Source: a virus
Length of the DNA: 34,360 nt
Direction: 5' to 3' (one strand)
Virus record (IMG/VR): IMGVR_UViG_3300045988_056976
Shown: in pieces, positions 24,099 to 30,973 of the stretch
Position numbering within the stretch: the stretch's first letter is position 1
Layout: every line of letters starts with the position of its first letter
Made by a program: the position numbers and the translations under genes
The notes under the pieces: generated by a model
The model's database searches: none
What the model saw: the letters and a program-made list of their open reading frames with translations, nothing else
What the model was told of the DNA's origin: nothing

Positions 24099-24749
24099 TT
24101 ATCCTCCGCACACCTTGCAGGCGCGCCGTCCGCTGGCTATGGCGTCGCTGATGCTCATGGGGTACTTGGAGCCCTTCAGCGGCCTGCAATACTCGCTATG
24201 ATAACATTCTCCCGTTTCGCCCACGTAGACAGTGCGCTCCTGCGGCTCCGTCTGGGCAGGAGGTTCGACGTAAACAGGCTCGTTCCCCTCCGCCACCGGC
24301 TCTGACACAGGCTCCTGCCATGTCTTTGGTTCCGTCTCCGGCGTTTCCTCCACGGGATCCACCGCGTCCGGCTCGGGTGCCGAGGTCGCCTCGTCCTCCT
24401 GCGTCGTGGGCGCGGACTTGCTCACATCCACATCCAGCTTGTCGGTAGGCGTGAACTGAGCAGAGACATTCTGCTGCGGCGATCCGCTTACGGTGTTGTC
24501 CGCCACATCCGTTGACGGAGTGACCAGCGCACTGGCGATGAATACCGCCACAACAAGACCGATCCGCCACCCCGCCTTCACGTGCAACTTCTCCCGCAGG
24601 AATGCCCCCAGTGCGGGGATAGGCGCGGCAAGGATTGCCGTGGCGAAAAGTAATCCGCTGCCCACAGAGGGGAACTGTTCCAGCCCCAGCATGACGCAGC
24701 CCACCACAAACAGCCATTGCAGCACCAGCAAAACAACTTTCTTTTTCAT
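24099..24749 (-). CDS. multi-pass membrane protein with an acidic Pro/Glu-rich linker and a C-terminal Cys/His-rich domain
   Basis: Start MKKKVV at 24749 follows GGGGGTG. Three hydrophobic helices. C-terminus YVGETGECYHSEYCRPLKGSKYPMSISDAIASGRRACKVCGG. Co-oriented directly downstream of the XRE repressor. Confidence 0.7.
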   Translation of the reverse strand: MKKKVVLLVLQWLFVVGCVMLGLEQFPSVGSGLLFATAILAAPIPALGAFLREKLHVKAGWRIGLVVAVFIASALVTPSTDVADNTVSGSPQQNVSAQFTPTDKLDVDVSKSAPTTQEDEATSAPEPDAVDPVEETPETEPKTWQEPVSEPVAEGNEPVYVEPPAQTEPQERTVYVGETGECYHSEYCRPLKGSKYPMSISDAIASGRRACKVCGG

Positions 24750-24785
24750 AGTCACCCCCATCGTGCCCATCCGGGCACTCTTTTT

Positions 24786-25106
24786 TTATTTCTCCTGCTC
24801 ACGCTTTTGGCGGAGCATGAAGGCAAACAGTTCGTTCCGCTGCTCGGCGGTCATGCCGTCCAGCAGGCGTATAAATTCCTGCCGCACCGGGTCGGGCGGC
24901 GTAGGATCCTCGCCCAGCAGGTCGCTGACGGTGCAGCCCAGATACTGCGCCAGCATCTGCACCTTTGCCACGGATGGCGTTTGACCCTTGTTTATGTCCG
25001 TAATAAAGCTGGTGCCGACGCCGGCTTCGCGGCAGGCCACGGTGGGCTTGACCCCTTTTGCGCGGCAACGCTCTTTGATATTCTGCACAAAAAGTTCTCG
25101 TTCCAT
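24786..25106 (-). CDS. XRE-family HTH repressor (CI-like)
   Basis: KERCRAKGVKPTVACREAGVGTSFITDINKGQTPSVAKVQMLAQYLGCTVSDLLG is a classic Cro/CI HTH. Divergent from an operator-containing promoter. Confidence 0.85.
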   Translation of the reverse strand: MERELFVQNIKERCRAKGVKPTVACREAGVGTSFITDINKGQTPSVAKVQMLAQYLGCTVSDLLGEDPTPPDPVRQEFIRLLDGMTAEQRNELFAFMLRQKREQEK

Positions 25107-25136
25107 GGTGACCTCATACTATATGGGAATTATGCA

Positions 25137-25199
25137 ATATTACGAAAATTAGGTAATTACCCAAAAACGCTTGACAATGAGTAATTACTCATTTATGCT
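25137..25199. promoter_or_regulatory. genetic switch 1: divergent promoters with GTAATTAC-core palindromic operators
   Basis: Rightward promoter: TTGACA (25171..25176), 17 nt, TATGCT (25194..25199), with the perfect 16-bp palindrome ATGAGTAATTACTCAT (25177..25192) in the spacer. A second palindrome GGTAATTACC (25152..25161) overlaps a weaker leftward -35 (ACCCAA on plus, with -10 at 25137..25142). Confidence 0.6.
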
Positions 25200-25239
25200 T
25201 AACTTGTCCCTCAGGTACGAGCGAGAGGGAGGTGAGAAG

Positions 25240-25401
25240 ATGGAAGACCTTCGCACGGCTTTGACGGCAGACATCGAATCGTTTGCCCGTCGTGTGTTGT
25301 CCGGGAACGGGACACCTCAGGAGGTGGCAGCACTGCCCAGCCTGCTGATGTGGCACAGCGGAGTCAATCCTCCGCAAGAGCTTCCGCAAGGGCAGCCTTG
25401 A
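25240..25401 (+). CDS. small ORF (53 aa) downstream of the rightward switch promoter
   Basis: ATG at 25240 follows GAGGGAGGTGAG. No motif. Its 3' end overlaps the convergent ORF 25364..25573. Confidence 0.45.
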   Translation: MEDLRTALTADIESFARRVLSGNGTPQEVAALPSLLMWHSGVNPPQELPQGQP

Positions 25402-25573
25402 CAGCCTGCCGGATGGCGGCGTTGTTCAGGTCGATGGCGCGTTTGACGCGGAGCCAGCCGTACTCGTCCGCGAGAGCGTTCGGGAACAGCTCACGCTCCA
25501 GTCGCGGCTGGATTGCCTTCAAAGCGGCGTCAAATGCGTTGTCTACGGCGGCATTTATCTGTTCGTTTTTCAT
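25364..25573 (-). CDS. small helical ORF (69 aa, MKNEQINAAVDNAFDAALKAIQ...)
   Basis: Internal ATG of track ORF 25364..25645. Protein-like composition. Weak RBS. Confidence 0.45.
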   Translation of the reverse strand: MKNEQINAAVDNAFDAALKAIQPRLERELFPNALADEYGWLRVKRAIDLNNAAIRQAVKAALAEALAED

Positions 25574-25592
25574 CCTGTTGCCCCTATCTCTC

Positions 25593-25609
25593 GTGCCCGA
25601 GTCGGACAC
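25593..25609. repeat. palindrome variant GTGCCCGAGTCGGACAC, copy 5
   Basis: Differs from the consensus at the central base and at one right-arm position. Lies 20 nt upstream of minus-strand start 25573. Confidence 0.8.
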
Positions 25610-25659
25610 ATCTGCCTTATCCCCGGCATGATTTCCCCCTGTCATTGTCAGACGTGCGG

Positions 25660-25735
25660 GAAAGCGGGTGGTGTGTAGTTTTAGTCATCACTATCATACC
25701 ACCCGTTTTCACCGGGGAAGCGGTGAAACTTCATC
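25660..25735 (+). promoter_or_regulatory. two-hairpin leader element, copy A
   Basis: Stem 1: CGGGTGGT(GTG) at 25665.. pairs with (CAT)ACCACCCG ending at 25705. Stem 2: TTTCACCG (25707..25714) pairs with CGGTGAAA (25721..25728). Shares TGTAGTTT, CTATCATACCACCC and GGTGAAA blocks with copy B. Confidence 0.45.
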
Positions 25736-25756
25736 GACTGGATGGGAGGTGAGAAG

Positions 25757-25954
25757 ATGGGTGCTATCAAATGGGTCGTCGCGATGGTAGTGTTCGCGGC
25801 GCTGACGCTGCTGCTGGGCTACCTGGCATGGAAGGCGAATCAGCGTTGCGAGAGTTACGACGGTTGCTTTGCCTGTTATGCGTTCGGCTTTGGGGCGGCG
25901 TTTACGGGCGTCCTCGCGCTGACAGCCGGCATTCGCTTCCTCGTCGGGATTTAA
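25757..25954 (+). CDS. small two-helix membrane protein (65 aa)
   Basis: ATG at 25757 follows GGGAGGTGAG. Two hydrophobic helices (WVVAMVVFAALTLLLGYLAW; FGFGAAFTGVLALTAGIRFLVGI). Confidence 0.6.
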   Translation: MGAIKWVVAMVVFAALTLLLGYLAWKANQRCESYDGCFACYAFGFGAAFTGVLALTAGIRFLVGI

Positions 25955-25957
25955 CGC

Positions 25958-26257
25958 CTAACGGCATATAGCGACGATTGAGACGATCAGAGCCGCCACC
26001 GAAATGAACGTGGTGAGTGCCCAACGGATAAGCTCTCCGCGGTTGCGCTTCAGCTCTCGCAGCCGGGCGTAGCCCTGCGGGCGCAACATGAGCCGGGAGT
26101 GGTGCACGGGATCCAGGGAGACATAGTCCTGCCGCAGCATGGCGCGCAGCAGTTCCTCGTCCTTCTTGCCGAAGATGTCGTCTTTCGTGGCGGTGTTGCC
26201 AGCCGCGGCGATCTTCTCCAGAGCGCAGCACTCTTTGCAGGCGTTCAATTCGGACAC
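25958..26257 (-). CDS. C-terminally membrane-anchored protein (about 96-99 aa)
   Basis: Soluble N-terminus with CKECC and a single C-terminal helix (WALTTFISVAALIVSIVAI). Lies 3 nt downstream of XRE gene 26261..26503. A TTG at 26248 after AGGAGGTG is a plausible alternative start. Confidence 0.6.
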   Translation of the reverse strand: MSELNACKECCALEKIAAAGNTATKDDIFGKKDEELLRAMLRQDYVSLDPVHHSRLMLRPQGYARLRELKRNRGELIRWALTTFISVAALIVSIVAICR

Positions 26258-26260
26258 CTC

Positions 26261-26503
26261 CTACCGGTTGATGGCGGGATTATCTGTCCGCCCCAGCAGG
26301 TAGTCCACGGAGCAGTCCAGCTCATCAGCGATGCGCGCAAGGCTGTCGCTGGCAAGTGCCCGACCGTGCAGCATGCTGGAAATGGTGTTTGAGCCAAGCT
26401 CACAACTGACAAGAACGTCTTTCAGGGAGCGTTTCAACTGTTTTGCGCGAGCTTTGATGCGGCCTGCTATACCGGGCGAATTGTACAACGGCAGGTCTTG
26501 CAT
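26261..26503 (-). CDS. XRE-family HTH regulator (80 aa)
   Basis: Start MQDLPLYNS at 26503. GRIKARAKQLKRSLKDVLVSCELGSNTISSMLHGR...IADELDCSVDYLLGRTD is a classic XRE HTH. Confidence 0.8.
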   Translation of the reverse strand: MQDLPLYNSPGIAGRIKARAKQLKRSLKDVLVSCELGSNTISSMLHGRALASDSLARIADELDCSVDYLLGRTDNPAINR

Positions 26504-26519
26504 ATTGTTCAAACCTCCA

Positions 26520-26576
26520 AAATCGCAAAAAAATGCGATTTTCATATTGACAATCGCTAAATATTGCGATAATATG
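26520..26576. promoter_or_regulatory. genetic switch 2: rightward promoter plus two ATCGC-N8-GCGAT operators
   Basis: TTGACA (26548..26553), 17 nt, TAATAT (26571..26576). The first inverted repeat is ATCGC (26523..26527) with GCGAT (26536..26540). The second is ATCGC (26554..26558) with GCGAT (26567..26571). Both have AT-rich 8-nt spacers. Confidence 0.65.
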
Positions 26577-26611
26577 CAACCATAGCAAGGCTGACACAGA
26601 AAGGTGGGCGT

Positions 26612-26688
26612 TGCAAAAGGGTGCGTATGTAGTTTCAGACATAGCTATCATACCACCCTTTACCCTGCCGCGCAAGGTGAAAATTCAA
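26612..26688 (+). promoter_or_regulatory. two-hairpin leader element, copy B
   Basis: Stem 1: AAAGGGTG-c-GTATG (26616..26629) pairs with CATAC-CACCCTTT (26649..26661). A second, weaker hairpin lies around 26662..26678. Sits in the 5' UTR between the switch-2 promoter and the XRE gene at 26711. Confidence 0.45.
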
Positions 26689-26710
26689 AAACTTACAGAA
26701 AGGACGTGAA

Positions 26711-26905
26711 ATGATGGCATTGAAGGAAATGCGTGAGCGTCGGGGGCTGACCCAGACGCAGATCGCTGACCGGCTGGAGGTGGACAAGTCCACGGTAAGC
26801 AAGTGGGAGAGCGGCGACAGCACGCCGCTGCGGAAGTACCGGCGGAAGCTGTGCGAGCTCCTCGGCTGCACCGAGGAGGAGCTGATAGCCCCGGCTTCTG
26901 CTTAA
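26711..26905 (+). CDS. XRE-family HTH regulator (Cro-like, 64 aa)
   Basis: LKEMRERRGLTQTQIADRLEVDKSTVSKWESG is a classic HTH. First gene of the rightward early operon. Confidence 0.85.
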   Translation: MMALKEMRERRGLTQTQIADRLEVDKSTVSKWESGDSTPLRKYRRKLCELLGCTEEELIAPASA

Positions 26906-26933
26906 ACCGTAACACGAAAGGAGGGCGTTGTCC

Positions 26934-27380
26934 ATGCCGAAGGGCAGCGAGAACATTTACCAGACCGCCCGACGTGCGGCGGGTCTGACGCAGGAAGCCG
27001 CAGCGGAGCGGCTGGCGGTCAGCGTCACGAGTATGAGAGCCTACGAGACGGGGCAGCGGATCCCCGGTGACGACATCGTGGCGATCATGTGTACCGTCTA
27101 CGATGCCCAGTATCTTGGGCTGCAGCACCTGCAACTGAAGTCCACGCTTCTGCCGGATTGCATTCAGGCGGCGCGGCCGGAGCCGCTGCCGGTGGCAGTC
27201 ATTAAGCTGGTGCGGCGGGTCATGCGCTTCGCCGAGGAGCACCGCAGCGACCAGCTGATGGAAATAGCGGAGGATGGGGTCATCAGCGACAGCGAGAGGG
27301 AACTGTTTGACGAGATCGCCTGCGAGCTGGGCGACATCGTGCAGGCGGCTCTGGCATTACAGTACGCGGAGGAGGTATAA
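26934..27380 (+). CDS. XRE-type HTH protein with a C-terminal extension (148 aa)
   Basis: ATG at 26934 follows AAGGAGGG. ARRAAGLTQEAAAERLAVSVTSMRAYETGQRIP is HTH-like. Confidence 0.75.
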   Translation: MPKGSENIYQTARRAAGLTQEAAAERLAVSVTSMRAYETGQRIPGDDIVAIMCTVYDAQYLGLQHLQLKSTLLPDCIQAARPEPLPVAVIKLVRRVMRFAEEHRSDQLMEIAEDGVISDSERELFDEIACELGDIVQAALALQYAEEV

Positions 27381-27382
27381 CC

Positions 27383-27631
27383 ATGCCGAGAACGAAGTTA
27401 AGCGCAAAATCTGACGCCGCCAAGGATATGGCGCAGCGCATCCGGGCGCAGGCGTATGCCATCCACGGCGGGCTGCCCGGTGCGGCGAAGGCGGCGGGCA
27501 TCAGCCGCAGCACCATCTACGGGCACTTGAAGGATCTGCCCAGCTGCTCGGGCAAGGAGATCGCCGCCATTGCCCGTGTGACGCGTATCCCGGTAGATGA
27601 GCTGTTCGCGCTCTGGGCGCGGGCTTGCTGA
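27383..27631 (+). CDS. small HTH-like DNA-binding protein (82 aa)
   Basis: GGAGG RBS. AAKAAGISRSTIYGHLKD resembles a short HTH. Confidence 0.65.
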   Translation: MPRTKLSAKSDAAKDMAQRIRAQAYAIHGGLPGAAKAAGISRSTIYGHLKDLPSCSGKEIAAIARVTRIPVDELFALWARAC

Positions 27632-27645
27632 GGGGAGGTGACATC

Positions 27646-27792
27646 ATGGAGTTATGGGCGTTGGCTGTGCAGTATATCTGTGCGGCGGCAGGTGCCGCGG
27701 CAGTCGTCCGCTGGGTGGACGGCTGCGGGCACAAAAAGAGAACGCCTCCGAGTGCGAATCGGAAGCGTTCAGGTGGTAGTACGAGGCATTGA
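27646..27792 (+). CDS. small hydrophobic ORF (48 aa, MELWALAVQYICAAAGAAAVVRWV...)
   Basis: Not in the ORF track. ATG lies 6 nt after GGGGAGGTG. Preferred over the RBS-less track ORF 27638..27829. Confidence 0.45.
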   Translation: MELWALAVQYICAAAGAAAVVRWVDGCGHKKRTPPSANRKRSGGSTRH

Positions 27793-27854
27793 CCTCGCGA
27801 GAACATCTTCAGTATACCACAGGTTCTGACGTTCGCAAGAGGGGAAGTGAAATT

Positions 27855-28637
27855 TTGTCAAAAAAATCTGAACAGCCCGGTTATTGGGCAGTGATCCCGG
27901 CACCGGTGCGCTACGACGACAGGATCCCGGCGAACGCCAAGCTGCTGTACGGCGAGATCAGCGCGCTGTGCGACATGAAGGGCTTCTGCTGGGCGAAGAA
28001 CGAATACTTCGCCCAGCTGTTCGGCTGGGCAGCCCCTACGGTCACGCGGCTGCTTGCCAGCCTGCGCGATGCGGGCTACCTGACGGTGGAGATGGTGCCC
28101 ACCAGCACCGGCAGCGAGCGGCGCATTTTTGCCGGTCTTTGCACAGGGGGTGTCCGCAAAATTGCGGAGACCCCTCTCCGCAAAAATGTTGGGGGGGTGT
28201 CCGCAAAAATGATTACCCCCCTACAATATAAAGGGAACAGTACATATGAACATACCCCCCTTACCCCCCACGGGGGGAAGACCCGGAAAAAGGCGGAATG
28301 GGAGCCGGAACGGTTCGAGGGGCTCTGGAAGTTCTACCCGGAGATCCGGAAGGCGGACGGCACGTCTACCAGCAAGGGCGACAAGAGCGAGGCCCGGCGC
28401 GCATGGAACGCGCTGAGGCCCTCCCCCGAGCTGATCGATACCATGGGTGTGTGGCTCAAGGCGAAACTGAAATACGACGATCAGTACGCCAGGGGCTACG
28501 GCGTCAAGACGGTCTCTGTCTGGCTCAACGGCATCCGCCGTAACGGCGGCGTGCTGGAAATGCCGGAGATTCCGCAGGAGACGCAGCCGCGCCCAGATAG
28601 CCGTGTGCAGGAAAGGAAGGGTGACTACGAGATATGA
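27855..28637 (+). CDS. replisome organizer / replication initiator with a winged-helix HTH
   Basis: TTG at 27855 (alternative 27789). YWAVIPAPVRYDDRIPANAKLLYGEISALCDMKGFCWAKNEYFAQLFGWAAPTVTRLLASLRDAGYL is the typical phage HTH replication-protein N-terminus. Directly upstream of DnaB. Confidence 0.7.
   Translation: MSKKSEQPGYWAVIPAPVRYDDRIPANAKLLYGEISALCDMKGFCWAKNEYFAQLFGWAAPTVTRLLASLRDAGYLTVEMVPTSTGSERRIFAGLCTGGVRKIAETPLRKNVGGVSAKMITPLQYKGNSTYEHTPLTPHGGKTRKKAEWEPERFEGLWKFYPEIRKADGTSTSKGDKSEARRAWNALRPSPELIDTMGVWLKAKLKYDDQYARGYGVKTVSVWLNGIRRNGGVLEMPEIPQETQPRPDSRVQERKGDYEI
28146..28280. other. candidate origin of replication (iterons, AT-rich core, GC hairpin) inside the organizer gene
   Basis: GGGGGTGTCCGCAAAA occurs at 28146..28161 and 28193..28208, with a partial CTCCGCAAAAATG at 28176..28188. 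Other elements are the inverted repeat TCCGCAA-aa-TTGCGGA (28153..28168), the AT-rich stretch ctacaatataaagggaacagtacatatgaacata, and CCCCCCACGGGGGG. Confidence 0.45.
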
Positions 28638-29968
28638 CAATTGACGCCCCGATCCAGTCCCAGAGGCTGGCGACGGCGCAGGCCGCCGTGCTGGGCGCGA
28701 TGCTGATCGACGCGGACTGCATTGCCGATGTGCTGGCAGATACGTCGGAGCCCATGTTCGTGTCGTCGGCCTACCGCACGGTGTACGGCTGCATCCGGCA
28801 GTTGTTTCAGGAAGCGCAGCCGGTCGACCCCGTGACGGTGGGCGCGGCGCTGAAGGAGCGCGCCGGGCAGGACTACGGTGAGCTGTTGGTGCAGCTGATG
28901 GACGTGACGCCCACCAGCGCCAACGTGGGCTCCTACGTGGAGATCCTTAAGCGGGAGAGCATCGTGTGGCGGCTGCGGAGCATCGGCGCGGAACTGGCGA
29001 AAACGGAAGATCTTCCGGCGGCGGAAAAGCTGATGGAGAAGGCCAACGCCGCCATGAGCCTGAAGTCCGGCGTGGAGGTCTGGGACATGACCCAGATGTG
29101 GGAGAACTTCTTCGCCCGCCATGAGGAGACGGAGAAGCCGGAGTACATCCGCTGGGGCTATGACTTTATCGACGAACGGGTATACACCACTCGGGGCGAC
29201 TACTGCGTCATCGGCGGATACCCCAGCGCCGGAAAAACATGCCTGGCGCTGGGCATGGCCATGAAGATGGCGGAGCGGTACCGGGTGGGCTTTTTCTCCT
29301 TCGAGACGGACAAGGCCAAACTGGCTGACCGCATCATGTCCGCCAAGGCCATGATCGACTTGAGCGACATCAAGCAGAACAAGCTGGGCGAAAAGGAGTG
29401 GGAGGAGCTGGCCTACGCGGCGTCCAGTCTGAGTAGGACGGGCCTGCAGATCATGCAGTGCAGCGGCTTCACCGTGGCAGACATCCAGTCCGTAGCTCTG
29501 TCCCGGCACTACGACGTGGTGTTTATCGACTACCTGCAGCTCATCGAGGCGGACGGACGGAAGGGCTGGAGCCGTCCGGAGGAGGTCAGCTCCATCAGCC
29601 GCGGCCTGCAGCGGATGAGCCATGAGCACGGCATCACGGCGGTGGTGCTGTCCCAGCTGACGCCGGACGCCGGGCGGAAGAAGACCGAGGCACCGACCAT
29701 GTATGACCTTCGCGAGAGTCGACAGATCACCATGGACGCGGACGCCATCTTCCTGCTGTATCTGGAGGATCCAGAGGACCGCTCCGGGGCGCGCGTCCTG
29801 AAATGCGACAAGAACAAGGACGGCCAGGCAGGCTGGTATAAGGTGATGCAGTTCCAGGGCCGCATCCAGAGCTTCCGCCCCGTGCCGAAGCCGGTGGCGA
29901 AGGCGGCGCCGCTTCCGGCGCAGATCAGCTTCCGCGAAATCAAAGACGACGGCGACGTGCCGTTCTGA
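28634..29968 (+). CDS. dnaB: replicative DNA helicase (DnaB-like)
   Basis: The N-terminal domain (QAAVLGAMLID...) is DnaB-like. Walker A GGYPSAGKT, DYLQLI, and the RESRQI...DADAI motifs are typical of DnaB. Confidence 0.9.
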   Translation: MTIDAPIQSQRLATAQAAVLGAMLIDADCIADVLADTSEPMFVSSAYRTVYGCIRQLFQEAQPVDPVTVGAALKERAGQDYGELLVQLMDVTPTSANVGSYVEILKRESIVWRLRSIGAELAKTEDLPAAEKLMEKANAAMSLKSGVEVWDMTQMWENFFARHEETEKPEYIRWGYDFIDERVYTTRGDYCVIGGYPSAGKTCLALGMAMKMAERYRVGFFSFETDKAKLADRIMSAKAMIDLSDIKQNKLGEKEWEELAYAASSLSRTGLQIMQCSGFTVADIQSVALSRHYDVVFIDYLQLIEADGRKGWSRPEEVSSISRGLQRMSHEHGITAVVLSQLTPDAGRKKTEAPTMYDLRESRQITMDADAIFLLYLEDPEDRSGARVLKCDKNKDGQAGWYKVMQFQGRIQSFRPVPKPVAKAAPLPAQISFREIKDDGDVPF

Positions 29969-29979
29969 GAGGAGGGCCT

Positions 29980-30303
29980 ATGCAGGTCGGAGACAAGATC
30001 ATGCACAAGCCGTTTGTGCTGCGCTACTCGTCGTCAGATCCTCGTTTTGAGGCGAGGACGCGGGCGGTGCCGTGCCGCGTGGTGTGGATCCATCCGTCGG
30101 GTCGATTCGCCGTCGTGGAGCGCGACAACGGTCTGTATAGCTACCGCGAATGCGTGTGGTGCAACGAAAACAACAGAAACGAGGTAAAGAGACGTGAGAA
30201 CAATAGCAATCATGAACCTGAAGGGCGGCGTGGGAAAAACCGTAACTGCCCTCACTTTGGCCGACGTGCTGCGCCGCGCCGGGAAGACTTCTGTGCTGGT
30301 TGA
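29980..30303 (+). CDS. small ORF whose 3' end overlaps parA by about 110 nt (true end uncertain)
   Basis: ATG at 29980 follows GAGGAGGG. The first ~70 aa look protein-like. The rest is Arg/Asn-rich and overlaps the well-supported parA start. Confidence 0.4.
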   Translation: MQVGDKIMHKPFVLRYSSSDPRFEARTRAVPCRVVWIHPSGRFAVVERDNGLYSYRECVWCNENNRNEVKRRENNSNHEPEGRRGKNRNCPHFGRRAAPRREDFCAG

Positions 30304-30973
30304 CTGCGACGGGCAGATGAGCTTGACGCGGTTCTACCTGCCGGAATTCGACCCCGACACGGCACCCAGCGTGGCGGACGTGCTGATGGGCTGCTCGGAG
30401 ACACTGTGGAGCGACAACACCATCCCGCAGGACGCGCTGGGTCGTGTGCAGCTTTTGCCCGGCTCCAGCTCTCTTTACGAGATGGACGTCAAGGCATTGA
30501 AGAGCAGCATCCACAGCATCAGCTCTCTGCGCGGATTCCGCGACGCTGCCGCAGAGGACGGCGTGGATTACATGATCTTCGACTGCCCGCCGGGCTTCAC
30601 CGCAGCAAGCTGCGCCGCGCTGATGGCGGCGGACGAGGTGGTGATCCCCACCGTTGTGGACGGCTTCTCCCTGCTGGGTGTGGGCGACATGATTGCCCAG
30701 GTCGCCAGTATGCGGCAGGCTAACGCTGCCATCAAGATTGCCGGTGTGCTGATTTGCCAGTGGCACAACAGCGAATCGGTGCGGCAGGGCGAGGAGCTGC
30801 TGCGCCGGAACTGGACAGTGTTCGACACGGTGATCCGCCGAACGGAGAAGATCCCCGAGAGCACGTTCATGCAGCAGCCGGTCATGGACTACAGCCCCCG
30901 CAGCGCGGCGGCGCAGGACTACCGTGCGTGGGTCTGGGAATATCTGCACGAGGAGGTGCGCGACGATGGCTAA
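30194..30973 (+). CDS. parA: ParA/Soj-type partition ATPase
   Basis: GTG start. MRTIAIMNLKGGVGKTVTA (deviant Walker A), VLVDCDGQ, and FDCPPG motifs. Confidence 0.85.
   Translation: MRTIAIMNLKGGVGKTVTALTLADVLRRAGKTSVLVDCDGQMSLTRFYLPEFDPDTAPSVADVLMGCSETLWSDNTIPQDALGRVQLLPGSSSLYEMDVKALKSSIHSISSLRGFRDAAAEDGVDYMIFDCPPGFTAASCAALMAADEVVIPTVVDGFSLLGVGDMIAQVASMRQANAAIKIAGVLICQWHNSESVRQGEELLRRNWTVFDTVIRRTEKIPESTFMQQPVMDYSPRSAAAQDYRAWVWEYLHEEVRDDG

Noticed and set aside
27638-27829. 63-aa track ORF
   Set aside because: No RBS, and Arg/Ser-rich composition. The 48-aa ORF at 27646..27792 in another frame has an ideal GGGGAGGTG RBS and a hydrophobic helix.
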